From the NCBI RefSeq assembly GCF_001194135.2, contig NC_068988.1, positions 10,344,172 to 10,383,001 on the forward strand: 38,830 nt of DNA. Reading direction: 5' to 3'. Positions 25,110 through 38,448 of the stretch are shown in pieces. Both the position numbers and the translations under genes were made by a program. The notes under the pieces were generated by a model. That model was not told the origin of the DNA. It ran no database searches and saw only the letters and a program-made list of their open reading frames with translations. Each line of letters starts with the position of its first letter. Within the stretch, counting starts at the first letter, position 1. The stretch comes from Octopus bimaculoides. Its lineage: Eukaryota.

Positions 25110-25310
25110 TCTGTTGACTAGCTGCCAAAATCGTGAAGTTCGCTGGACAAAAAGTTAGAGTCACTCCATCAGTCATTATGTTTGGAATTCAAGTTCCGCC
25201 GAGGCTAGCTTTGCCTTTTATTCTTTCAATATCGATGAAATACAGACCAGTTACGCCCTAGGTTTAATGTAACATACCAACCTCCACCTCTCCAAGAAGT
25301 GTGTCGTTTT
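25110..25310 (+). mobile_element. Highly diverged SINE family B copy
   Basis: ctagctgccaaaatcgt...gaattcaagttccgccgaggctagctttgccttttattctttc..gatgaaatacagaccag resembles 4164-4372. Confidence 0.45.
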
Positions 25311-27879
25311 CTCTGTAGCAGAAAGGAATAAATTACGATGTAATTTTTCTCGCATTTTACAACACAGTGTAATGAAACCCAAAATTGTTTCCATATATAT
25401 TAAATAGTCAGCTAATTTGAGGAGTAGAGTTTAAATGAATACTTTGATTCCGGGGTTACAATGGTTCATTATTTGCACCGGTTCGCCTGAAGGTTTCACA
25501 GTCAAAGTTGCTCCTCCACGAATTTGAACGCAAATTCCCCGAACAAACAATGCGATGCATTATTTTCCACACCTTAACAGTTTTGTCTCTCCTACGCTCT
25601 TTCTATAGTAGCAGCGTAATATTTCTTACTGCACTCGTGTATTTTTGTGAGGCACGGTGTAAGATTTTGTGTAGGAAATAACATAAATATATTTAAGATT
25701 TTAAGTAGTATGTTCAATAATCGGCTTTCGACCAATTTTAAGCCGATGTACCACTTTATTCCTAAGTTTAACGTCACACCACATACAATAAGGTGTAAAA
25801 TAATTGAACATTTTACACTATATCTCAGCTGATCAAAAAGTTGTAAGCTATGCATAATTGAAAGAACACAAACTTTTCAGATCTAAGGAAATTCCAGATC
25901 TGAAATTTTCAGCGGCTGCAAAGTTATGCACACATTCCTGTTGCCAAATTGGAAAGTATCACTCTCCCTGAATTGAGCTCCTGTACCGCAGTCTCTAGGA
26001 GATTATCCTTTCAGCCTTTTGAATTTACGGTCAAAGGGACATAACTCTAATTCCATCCCTCTTGTTTGTCATTGTTTCCGTTAACATTGTGCATGTGTGT
26101 GTGAGTATGCGTGTGCATGTGTGAGTGTTCGCGGGTGTGCACGCGTGTCTGTGCGTGTGTGTTAAGCAATGCTTTGAAAACATGATTGATTTCCCGAACT
26201 CTAAAATTATGTTTGTATCATGTACCATCAATTCTTCATCAGCTATTCTAATTCTACATACTCAAATCTTCATGTTATTTTCATTTCAGCGTGGGTTACA
26301 TGCTTGAAGTAGTCTGTCAAAATCTAGTAATTCTAAAAATTATTTAAAATATATGCTAAAGGATATTTTCAGCGTCAATCGGTTCAGAGCATATTGTTGC
26401 TTTAACTTTCACTAATTATCTAAGCAACTGATAAAACGTATAACGACCAAGTGTACTAATACATGTATAATTATCCCAGTAATGTGTATAGAGTAACTTC
26501 TATACGAGAATGGGGGTAATGGAATATACATTTATATCTCATATTACAGTGTTCCTCACACGATACGTTCATTACATTTGCACAAAGTGAGTTTCAATTA
26601 AAACATATATATTTATATATAACGCCTGGGCTTGCTGACTGATTTGATATTTTCCTCGTTCCTACACTCATTTGTTGCGGACAGCTTGGCGTGAAATGTC
26701 CATCAGTAAAAGTGTAGTAGTATATCTCTTATATTTTAAATGTCAAATACATGATAGAACACAACACAATCAACTTGTTAAGGATTTCCTATAATAAACT
26801 TTATTTTTTTCTCCTTTAAATAAAAGCAAAAATTCTGCAGCTTCTATTTGCTAAATTATATAAAATGATAGTTGTCTGTGTGAAGTATGCTAAACACTTG
26901 TGTATACTCTCTTCAATAACGAATTCAATTACATTTGAATGACAGGTATTCCTTTACTAATAAATGTATAATTATCCCAGTAATGAGTAAAGAATAACTG
27001 ATAAAAAAGGAGGAAATAGAAGACGCATTGATATCTTATGTTTTACATTGTTCATCACATGATACGTTCATAAAGGAGACACATATATAATCTGGTTTGA
27101 AAGGAAAACCTAGCTATCGTAAAAAATAAAGATATGAAAACATTGATATAATCAACAAGAAACTATATTCCCTTGACAGTACGTACAAATCCATTGACGT
27201 CAGGTATCTTATTTCATGGAAAGAATTCAATTGTGAGGGGAAATGAAGTAGTGAAAGACAAAATCAAGTATTTCTAGGGAGAAAACCATAACGTAAATAA
27301 GGGAATAACGATGCTATATTGTGAGGTAATTTTTTTTTCAGCTTTAAAAATAATGAATTATTGTGAGCATACAGGACATCGTGTCTCCATATAGAATTGC
27401 TAGTTCAATGAGAATAAGTCAGATATTGAGGGTGTATTTCCTGTACATTTCAGCTTTGGAACAAGTTCGATTTCATACTAATATATTTAGTGTAAATTTT
27501 ATCTTCATAATTCTACAAACATTGTCATCAAGCTGATAATAGCTTCAGGGGTCCTGAGCACAAGTGGCACTACATGTCTTTGTTATATTTCAGGATACAT
27601 GTTCGAGTCTATGCTGAGATATTTTGCGTAAATGTTAAACTCCATATCTCGATGTAGGTACGATCACTCAGGATATAACTTCAACAGTTTAATTGAGTCT
27701 ACATGTATTCATCTACGTAGGAAAAGAATGCATCGCTAATGACTTACGGAACAAACTGCAAAGATTTCTAGGTATTTTACTTCGATTCAGTTACTAATCA
27801 AATTGCTTATGCGGTTTCAAAATAAATTCATTTGGCAAATACTATATTATATATTTTGTAATTTTCTTTCATCTTCCAG

Positions 27880-27987
27880 GAAAAGCAGTTTTGTGAAACA
27901 GTCATTGATGAAATTGAATGCATAAAAAGCAGAAGCGTTCTACTTTCCACGCAGAACGCAAATTATGTTAAGAAGCACTTGAATTAA
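27880..27987 (+). CDS. Candidate terminal exon: EKQFCETVIDEIECIKSRSVLLSTQNANYVKKHLN*
   Basis: Very strong acceptor ttttgtaattttctttcatcttccag|G; the phase-0 frame is open for 35 codons. No homology recognised. Confidence 0.18.
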   Translation, partial: EKQFCETVIDEIECIKSRSVLLSTQNANYVKKHLN

Positions 27988-28610
27988 AAACTGAAATTTC
28001 TGTTTAAGCATTTTTTTAAAAGCGTAATACGTGCTCCAAAAAAGATAAAAAAGAAATCTCAACTTATTGAATATTACGGCAACTAAACTGATTATGGTGC
28101 TGCAGAAAAAATAAAATTAACGTTACAAAATGCAGTTGCGGCAAATCTGGAATATCAAGAGAGGAAGAGAAATAGAGAGAGAGGGTAGAGAGGGAAAGGA
28201 GGGTAAGTTAACCCTTACATTTTACATCAGAATCGTTATACAACACAATTATAGCACATTATCAATGAAGAGAATAAGAGACATACACACAGAGAGATAG
28301 AGACAGCGACATAGACAGTGACAGAGAGAGAGAGAATGGGATTCACTCATACGTTCGAATACAGATTTTTGCAAGCTTTATTCTGTGCACAGTTCAATAT
28401 GAAACATAATACAAACACGAATCAAACTCTGAAAAAAACCCCAGCTATTTAAATAAACGAAAAACATTATGACAAACATATAATTCAGCCACTATAATTA
28501 CTATGTAATTCCCCACAACACATCGTCATATAGATAGCATGTCAAATAATATAAATATCAAGATAATAAACAAAATATAAGACTGATAGATTTTGTATAC
28601 AGACCACAAC

Positions 28611-28622
28611 ATAATGATGATA

Positions 28623-28670
<48 letters not shown>

Positions 28671-28738
28671 TTGATGATGATGATGATGATGATGATGACG
28701 TGACGATGATGACGATGATGACGATGATAAGGGTAATA

Positions 28739-28811
<73 letters not shown>

Positions 28812-28830
28812 TAATAACAGTAATAGTAAT
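28611..28830. repeat. Compound (GAT)n followed by (AAT)n microsatellite
   Basis: Directly visible. Confidence 0.95.
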
Positions 28831-30388
28831 AGTACAATTAAAGCTAAAAGATGTTGCTGAGGAACTAATTCAATAAATATTACATTACGTTTGAAATAAA
28901 TCACGTATCGCATAATAATGATTGCAGTTGAGGACGTCACTCGACATACATTTCCCACACGCTAAATTTTCATTCACATGAATGAATTGCTGATATGCAT
29001 CTTATCAGGGGGTTTTGTTCGGTTCCTTACGTCTTAGAAATAACAGTAAATATCTCTCGTAATGTATTCCGTATAGCTGCTAAAGTGCTACAATGGATAA
29101 TTTGATCCTAAATAAGGTGTATAAGGCAATTGTATGAGAGAGGAATGGTTGCTATTACCTCTGGTTATTTACTAGAGCGTTTCCTCTGGGATTAAGCGAA
29201 AAAAGCAAAATAAAGTCAGTTAATATATAGGACTGGCATAAGAGCATTTTCCCCTTCGTGCCATGAACTAAGAAAGTAAAATATGTGATTGATTGACCTG
29301 CATCCTAGTTTCATAAAACATCCTTTCAAATGACTGCCTTACATTTCGATTTATAAATATGTGAGAAAGATATTAGGTTTATATTTAGAATGACGTTCGT
29401 GTTCGATCAGCTCGCATTGCATTTTGTTTTTTTTTATCTGAGCTGAATAACAACGTTGTATATACTATTATCGTGTTAATTAAGAATACACACCGACAGG
29501 AAAATGTACCCACCAAAACAATCCATACGCGCTTACTTTCAGACTCTCACACACACTTACTCGCGCGTGTACGCATACACACTCCCACAAGCATAAGCAC
29601 ACATGCAATCAAATAAAGACGCACGTACACACACAAACAAACAACTACGGACTTGTATTATCAACGACGAATATAACAAAACGTAAACGTCGACTGGATG
29701 AATATGCAATTTCAAAATAATTTGGATGAATTACAAATGTATCGCTCTATCTCAATTAAAATACAGTAATATTGCATGAATCTACTATGGTTACTTTTCC
29801 TTCTGACTAATTTCAAACTTGACGGAGATTAAATCGGCTGAATGGTACTTTGTGGGCTGTAGAACAATTAGTAATCAAATGCTATATATTGAAAATAGTA
29901 TATAGCAAAAAAATCGCAATAGAGTCTGTTCGAGCGATCAGGCATGCTGAAGTGGCTACGAATATTACTTGTCAGTGAAACTACTATTTTAATCTCTTAG
30001 AGAGATTTTAGAACTGACATTTTTGCTTGTTGCAAAATCACCAACTGGTTGTTTCGCTTGAAATATATATATATATTGCGAGTAGAGTCGATCTACTATC
30101 CTCTCTAGCGGACGGGATGTCCAGTACCGAAGAGTGTCAGAAATAGCCCGAAACCAAGGCTGGTCTACTGATGCTGTCGCTAGAAAATGGTAGGCATTCA
30201 CGCCCACTGCACACAATTTATCGAATGCAGCTCTGCATCGTTAACCAACTAGCTGAGATGTCCTCTTGGGTTTAAAAAAATCACAGTAGAGACAGTTCCA
30301 ACGGACAGCCATGATGAAGTGGCTACGAATATTATATTTTGTTCATGTATCCATTCATGAAGTTATCACAAAATAATATGCTCATTAA

Positions 30389-30782
30389 CTTGTTTCAGTC
30401 ATTTGACTGCGGTCATGCTGGAGTACCGCTTTTAGTCGAGCAAATCGACACAGGGACTTATTCTTTGTAAGTCTAGTACTTATTCTATCGGTTTATTTTG
30501 CCGAACCGCTAGTTGACGGGGACATAAACACACAAACATCGGTTTTCAAGCAATGCTAGCGGGCCAATTACAGACACATAAACATATGCACACACATATA
30601 TATATACATATACATATACATATATACGACGGGATTCTTTCAGTTTCCGTCTACAAAATCTACTCACAAGTCTTTGGTCGGCCCGAGCCTATAGTAGAAG
30701 ACACTTGCCCAAGATGCCACGCAGTGGGACTGAACCCGGAACTGTGTGGTTGGTAAGCAAGCTACTTACCACAGAGCCACTC
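30389..30782 (-). mobile_element. SINE family A, full length
   Basis: Reverse complement aligns with 5206-5617 and 23125-23538, including the internal microsatellite. Confidence 0.9.
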
Positions 30783-31885
30783 TTTTTGTTTAAACATTAA
30801 ATTTCATTATTCTACAAAAGTATCCTCATGCAGAAAATAGCTTCAACTGTGCTAAGCTCTAGTGATACCATATATTGTTGTCGTATTTCAGAATATGTAA
30901 GATTCTATGCTAAGATACTTAACACCTAACCGTATTTTAATTTTAAAAGCATTATTGCGAGATATGAGTGACTTTTGACTGATATCTGTAGTATGTGCCT
31001 CTAAATATCTCATCAATGCTTCTATTATGGAAATGCACTTTTTTCTCTGCACTAGATATTAGTGCTTATATTTGAACCAACAGATATATAAATATCATTA
31101 GTGCTGTCCACCTATTCAATGATTAAAATGAGGTACTTTAAACATTGTGGTGCGTTCTATGTGTATCTGTGCGTCTGTGTTTATGTGTGTGTCTATGCAT
31201 GTATGTATACATCTGTGTATGTGTGTGAGGGGGTTTCGAGTCTCTGTGTATGTTGTGAGTGTTGTAGAATCGGTGAACCTGAGCATAGCCATTATGCAAT
31301 GGGATATAATGGTACTAATTATACATATTGCTGTATAGTATTCCTATTAGTTCACCAGGAATCCAGAATTATGGGACGTTTGAAAGCATTTTCTTCTAGC
31401 AATTACTTCCACCGAAAATATTATTGCCATTGAAACCTGCTTGTTTCAATAATTATGATACCATTAGTTACTTATTAACATGCTGTTGACTGGCACCTTT
31501 TCAGATTTGCTGGGCTTGTGCTTAAATCGCTAACAATTAAATGTGTTTTCAAACTATCTTCCTATACACATATATTGCTTTGCATTATTTTTATACCTTT
31601 AATTTTTAAAAAAATCATTATTGTTCTCTGTTACATCAAAATTATACAGTAACATTTCCGTTTAGATGCAGCTAAATCGCAAAAGAAAAAAGCTGCGTAA
31701 AATAACAATAATTGTGTACTTTTATATTTGATGTGTACATCAATCCAGGAAAAAATTGTTTGAAACAGATAAATTAGATTAAGACCACATAATACCAAAC
31801 GATTGATTTATTTATTCAAATGAATACTTCTATCTGGTGGTGAAGATCACATACACATACACATACATTTATACGTCTGTATATA

Positions 31886-31940
<55 letters not shown>

Positions 31941-33929
31941 NNNNNNNNNNNNNNNNNNNNNNNNNNNNNNNNNNNNNNNNNNNNNNNNNNNNNNNNNNNN
32001 NNNNNNNNNNNNNNNNNNNNNNNNNNNNNNNNNNNNNNNNNNNNNNNNNNNNNNNNNNNNNNNNNNNNNNNNNNNNNNNNNNNNNNNNNNNNNNNNNNNN
32101 NNNNNNNNNNNNNNNNNNNNNNNNNNNNNNNNNNNNNNNNNNNNNNNNNNNNNNNNNNNNNNNNNNNNNNNNNNNNNNNNNNNNNNNNNNNNNNNNNNNN
32201 NNNNNNNNNNNNNNNNNNNNNNNNNTATACAGACAGACACACACATATAACTACATACATATACATACACAAACACATATATACAGGCATACATATACAT
32301 ATATGTACACTATTGTAGAAAGGTTAAGCATATTTCTCGGATTTGATTTTATTATTTATATTATTGATTATGTTTTAATATTTCAAAAAGAAAAAGAAGT
32401 CTTTTCTATCTTTTGGAATAGTGGCCTAGTAAAGAAAGATAAAGGCTTGAATCTGATACAGGCGATCTAATATATTGCAGCTATTTACATTTTCATTTGC
32501 TATCACCATGCATTATTCATTGTATATTTAATATTTGTGTGTTTATGCATATATTTCTAGAATATTTTCTTATAGCAATCGTTTACTGTACGTTATTAAA
32601 TATTGACAGTAGACAGAAAATAACCTCCTGTAACACGAGAAGCAAAGGCATTTTATTGTTTCTTATAATTAAGCGAATAATTATACAAGACAACAGATTA
32701 AATGCGATACGCTTCCTGTTAGTTATATGTCTACGCATGAATCTTCAATAGAAGTTTTTCAAAATTTTACATATTTTGCAGAAGCTTCTCTTTTCCAATC
32801 ATCTTTCTTTCAGTTTCCATCACTTTTTGGACGTAAAAACCTATACAAATAAATACATCCATACGCCCATACATAACACAGACGCATGGACACGGACAGT
32901 ATACACACGCATAAACGCATGCGCACACAGACAAGCAAACATAGATATATACAAACACGAGTGTATGCTATATATGCGTATGTGTGTATATGTAATGCGT
33001 ATATACATATGCGCATATGCATATATATATATATATATATATATANNNNNNNNNNNNNNNNNNNNNNNNNNNNNNNNNNNNNNNNNNNNNNNNNNNNNNN
33101 NNNNNNNNNNNNNNNNNNNNNNNNNNNNNNNNNNNNNNNNNNNNNNNNNNNNNNNNNNNNNNNNNNNNNNNNNNNNNNNNNNNNNNNNNNNNNNNNNNNN
33201 NNNNNNNNNNNNNNNNNNNNNNNNNNNNNNNNNNNNNNNNNNNNNNNNNNNNNNNNNNNNNNNNNNNNNNNNNNNNNNNNNNNNNNNNNNNNNNNNNNNN
33301 NNNNNNNNNNNNNNNNNNNNNNNNNNNNNNNNNNNNNNNNNNNNNNNNNNNNNNNNNNNNNNNNNNNNNNNNNNNNNNNNNNNNNNNNNNNNNNNNNNNN
33401 NNNNNNNNNNNNNNNNNNNNNNNNNNNNNNNNNNNNNNNNNNNNNNNNNNNNNNNNNNNNNNNNNNNNNNNNNNNNNNNNNNNNNNNNNNNNNNNNNNNN
33501 NNNNNNNNNNNNNNNNNNNNNNNNNNNNNNNNNNNNNNNNNNNNNNNNNNNNNNNNNNNNNNNNNNNNNNNNNNNNNNNNNNNNNNNNNNNNNNNNNNNN
33601 NNNNNNNNNNNNNNNNNNNNNNNNNNNNNNNNNNNNNNNNNNNNNNNNNNNNNNNNNNNNNNNNNNNNNNNNNNNNNNNNNNNNNNNNNNNNNNNNNNNN
33701 NNNNNNNNNNNNNNNNNNNNNNNNNNNNNNNNNNNNNNNNNNNNNNNNNNNNNNNNNNNNNNNNNNNNNNNNNNNNNNNNNNNNNNNNNNNNNNNNNNNN
33801 NNNNNNNNNNNNNNNNNNNNNNNNNNNNNNNNNNNNNNNNNNNNNNNNNNNNNNNNNNNNNNNNNNNNNNNNNNNNNNNNNNNNNNNNNNNNNNNNNNNN
33901 NNNNNNNNNNNNNNNNNNNNNNNNNNNNN

Positions 33930-34027
33930 AGAGATACCACCACGCTGAAAAAATAGCAGTCAAATCTTGACTCCGTGGTTTTGGAGTCAAGATTTGACTG
34001 CCATTTTTTCAGCGTGGTGGTATCTCT
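33930..34027. repeat. Near-perfect inverted repeat: 45-bp arms, 8-nt loop, 1 mismatch
   Basis: agagataccaccacgctgaaaaaatagcagtcaaatcttgactcc / gtggtttt / ggagtcaagatttgactgccattttttcagcgtggtggtatctct. Confidence 0.95.
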
Positions 34028-34041
34028 TGATACCCTGTATA

Positions 34042-34076
<35 letters not shown>

Positions 34077-36195
34077 TGCTAATACAAAACACACATTAGA
34101 CTCATCACTCGTATCACTATCGAACCAAGAGTTTAACTATAGTCTGTAGTTTAACATAGCACTTACTTAGTGTTACCCAGTGACCGAAGCGACTATAACG
34201 TTTCTCTGCGAATTTTGTGTATGTTTTAAGTGTTGCTGCTATGGTTACTTAAACAAAATATCTAAAACCGGGGAATGTTATCTTGCCAAGCCATGAGTAA
34301 CGTGAGGCAGTTGAAAAGGCGAGAAAATTTGGGTTTCAGGAGATGCATGAAGAGGTATTTATATTTTCCTGGCCAGCCAAATGGTGGTTTTACTAGCTTT
34401 CCTCCGCTGCCTGAACACCATCCAGTCTTGTTTAGGTATAAGCGTCTCCGATGTTTTTGAATATTTTGTTTATCCTATCCGCTATATGCTAACCAAGGTT
34501 TGATGCTCTCGTGGGATATGACATACAGAGTATTTTTTTCATTTGAGGAATGTGTGGATTATGTCAAAAGAATGCTTTATCTTTCACTAGCTCCTTCTAT
34601 ATATATTCGTTCATACAGAGAATTATTTGAATGCATTGTCTAGTCAGGCGCCATATGATATTTATTACATTGCTGTCGTCATCTATATTACCATAATTAA
34701 GAGGTATTAAATACCGTATGAAACATATACTTTGTTACGAAAGCCACAATACTTTATCTTTATATATATATTTAACCGAATTTTGTTTTATCTACTCAAA
34801 TCTATATGAATAATGAAGCACCATTTATGCCGATATCTCAGTATTCCGTTTCTCTGCTACAAATTTATCTTTATTTCATTGTATTTATTCAGAAGCTGTT
34901 AGACAAATGCCTTAACTAGAAATGTGTTTTTGTTAGCATATACCATCAAAAAGAGGTTTAGGAATCCTATGATAAAGCTCTATTTATCATGACTAATAAT
35001 TATCTTTAAGGCAACAACACATATATCAAATTGCTATTGCAGTGTATAACTTTCTTTACTCGTGTATTATATATTATCTCTTTGGGAGATAGTGAAAAAA
35101 TGAGAAAACGTGTGTGAGCGGGCACATGAGATGGTGTGTTGTTTCAGAAATATAGGCCGTTGCAAATATATAAAATTAATTAGATAGGAATTCGATCCCT
35201 GTTGGGCGTAAATTTTGTTTTATAGTAAAATCGACATATGGGCACCCGTAATATGTATTTATCGGTCGTAATCTATGAAAGGTAAAACACTAATTGGCTT
35301 TGAACTTCAAGCATGTACGGCTTAAATAAATGTGCAATGTATTTTGTCCGTGCCACCAACTGAAAGATTTTGATAATCCACCACCAAATTTATTACAATA
35401 TTTCCGAAAATACTAACTTACAAATATATATATGATAAGGACACAAGATATTTAACCTGGTGGTTGTCTTTATTTTAATGATTTCCCCAACAACTGATAG
35501 ATATTCCATATACGATTAGCTATTGTTTGATATTTTAATTAAATCCTCAACTTCAATGCACTTTTCAAAGGAATAAGTGAGTTCCTAAAGATGTCTACAA
35601 CGGTTTAAAAATAATTCTTCTTGATACTTGATATATCTAATATAACCAGACAAAGAGGTCCATTACTTTCATACATTATCAGCATATAAAATTAGATGAA
35701 AGTACTATCGAACATTTTTAATTCAGGGAATCAACATTCGTATAAAAGATATCAATGATATAGATGGAGTAGAAAATGGCTCAATGACTACACCGATTAA
35801 CATATGGACGATTTCTAAATATTACAGCAAATAATCAAACAAAACATTAAATATACTTTGGGGTCTTGATTCATTTGTTGCTGCTTAACATATTTGTAAA
35901 TCACAGGCATAAATTACTTTCTTTGAAGTTTTCTTTCGCAGAAAATATAAGTTATAGACCAGTTTTGAATATTACATCTAGATATATGATAGCAAGAATA
36001 CACCTCACCATTATTTTTAAATGAATCCTGATACTACCTCAGGTGCTTTCAAATCTCGAATTTGTTGGTGTCATTTTTGCCCTCAAGAATTATTTAACAT
36101 TCGGCCGTCTACGCTTTCCCTGCAGGTGATAATAATCACACGCGGCATCCCTGAAATTACAATCTACAATCTAACAATGGCTTAGGAAAGGATTA

Positions 36196-36472
36196 AGGTG
36201 ATTACTCGAAAAAAAAGGAGGTGATTACTCGAAAAAAAAAGAGGTGGTTACTCGAAAAAAAAAGAGGTGATTACTCGAAAAAAAAAGAGGTGATTACTCG
36301 AAAAAAAAAGAGGTGATTACTCGAAAAAAAAGAGGTGATTACTCGAAAAAAAAGAGGTGATTACTCGAAAAGAAAAGAGGTGATTACTCGAAAAAAAAAG
36401 AGGTGATTACTCGAAAAAAAAAAGAGGTGATTACTCGAAAAAAAAAGAGGTGATTACTCGAAAAAAACAAAG
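36196..36472. repeat. Minisatellite, 12 copies of AGGTGATTACTCG(A)8-10G, 22-24 bp unit
   Basis: Counted directly; units differ almost only in A-run length, plus a few single substitutions (e.g. copies 3, 8, 12). Confidence 0.97.
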
Positions 36473-38448
36473 AACAGGCATTTAACAATAACACTGGTCT
36501 ACAAGGTTTTTGGTGTTTAAGAAGTAGACATCATTCCTATACAAAATCCGTCTCCTGTATCCAAGTATGCCCTTCTTTTTGACGTATCGGATCTAGTTTT
36601 ATACTGGGTTATGCATATTGAAATGCATTTAATCATTCATCGTCACTGTATCATCGCACCTTCAAATATATATTTTCCTACAGCACTCAGTTTCGGCCAT
36701 AATACTAGACCTCATAGAGTAAAACCTGAAGTTATTTTTGAATTTAACAGACAAAATCATTCAAGAAATCGTTGAAATATTCCAGGCACCAAACAAGAAT
36801 AAATACTGTTGGCCAGTGTAACTTACTAAAGTGAAGATTTAATATCTACAACGATTGCTTCTACATTCCTTCCCACCAAGTGGATATGTACTAGGTCAGG
36901 AAAATAACTAGTGCTCATAAAATCAGAGGTATTTATGTTAACATTCTTGTCTAGCGAATATTAAAAATTTTTGCGAAGGAGCTGTCACCTATTTCCACTG
37001 GGACTATTGTGGTTCTATCATAAAATGTTTGATAACCTTCTTATGGAAATACTTATAACACGTTCAACCCTACATTCTAAGCAAACAAAATTTTACATTT
37101 CACGATCAATAGATAAAACTATTTATATTTTCATTGTTAAGGAATATGCCTATAAAATTCAAGACTTAGAGGCGTCCTGATAGATAACATTGTATACAAA
37201 TCATTCGAATGACATTTGCATGTACGTACGTGCCTGTAACTCGAGAGAGAAATTTTTACCGACAAACTAAGCTGAAGGTTAATATATATTTATCGTAATT
37301 TTTCATACTGACCCAAAGGGTCATGATTATGAAGCATACTTATATCTAACGTTAGTTCTTCAAATATACTTCCTTACAGGCCTTGGAAAACTCCCTTCAT
37401 AAAGATCAAACGTCTGATAACATTAGAATACCGATTTGTTTTTCAATTAAGAACATTTATATGTAGTCAATGTTATGAAGATGTCAAAAGTTTATTGAAG
37501 TCTATCACGCAGAGATAGAAATCGAACGTCAACTTGTTTTTCAGAGAGCCTCAGTTAATCTCTTCAACAGTGAAAGGATTATGGCAGGTAATTAGCGTTA
37601 AACTATATCAGAAGAAAGTTGACCGATCTTAAGTGNNNNNNNNNNNNNNNNNNNNNNNNNNNNNNNNNNNNNNNNNNNNNNNNNNNNNNNNNNNNNNNNN
37701 NNNNNNNNNNNNNNNNNNNNNNNNNNNNNNNNNNNNNNNNNNNNNNNNNNNNNNNNNNNNNNNNNNNNNNNNNNNNNNNNNNNNNNNNNNNNNNNNNNNN
37801 NNNNNNNNNNNNNNNNNNNNNNNNNNNNNNNNNNNNNNNNNNNNNNNNNNNNNNNNNNNNNNNNNNNNNNNNNNNNNNNNNNNNNNNNNNNNNNNNNNNN
37901 NNNNNNNNNNNNNNNNNNNNNNNNNNNNNNNNNNNNNNNNNNNNNNNNNNNNNNNNNNNNNNNNNNNNNNNNNNNNNNNNNNNNNNNNNNNNNNNNNNNN
38001 NNNNNNNNNNNNNNNNNNNNNNNNNNNNNNNNNNNNNNNNNNNNNNNNNNNNNNNNNNNNNNNNNNNNNNNNNNNNNNNNNNNNNNNNNNNNNNNNNNNN
38101 NNNNNNNNNNNNNNNNNNNNNNNNNNNNNNNNNNNNNNNNNNNNNNNNNNNNNNNNNNNNNNNNNNNNNNNNNNNNNNNNNNNNNNNNNNNNNNNNNNNN
38201 NNNNNNNNNNNNNNNNNNNNNNNNNNNNNNNNNNNNNNNNNNNNNNNNTATATATATATATATATATTGCTCCTATAGGGAATACCTTACAACGAAGCTT
38301 CCGCCGGTTTATCCGTATATCTGTGAATATACTGGAATTTGTTTCTCTGTATTACTAGTATTATTTATTAGGCACTAGTAACATACACATCAATGAGTGC
38401 CAGTAGACTGTATAGATGTTTTCTTCAGATTCCATGCGAACATAATTT

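Noticed and set aside
35727-35834. GINIRIKDINDIDGVENGSMTT resembling cadherin DxNDN or Cys-loop receptor N-terminal motifs
   Set aside because: The diagnostic downstream residues (NxPxF or WxD) are absent and the frame stops after 35 codons
36196-36472. CRISPR-like regular array
   Set aside because: No unique spacers, no cas genes, eukaryotic context
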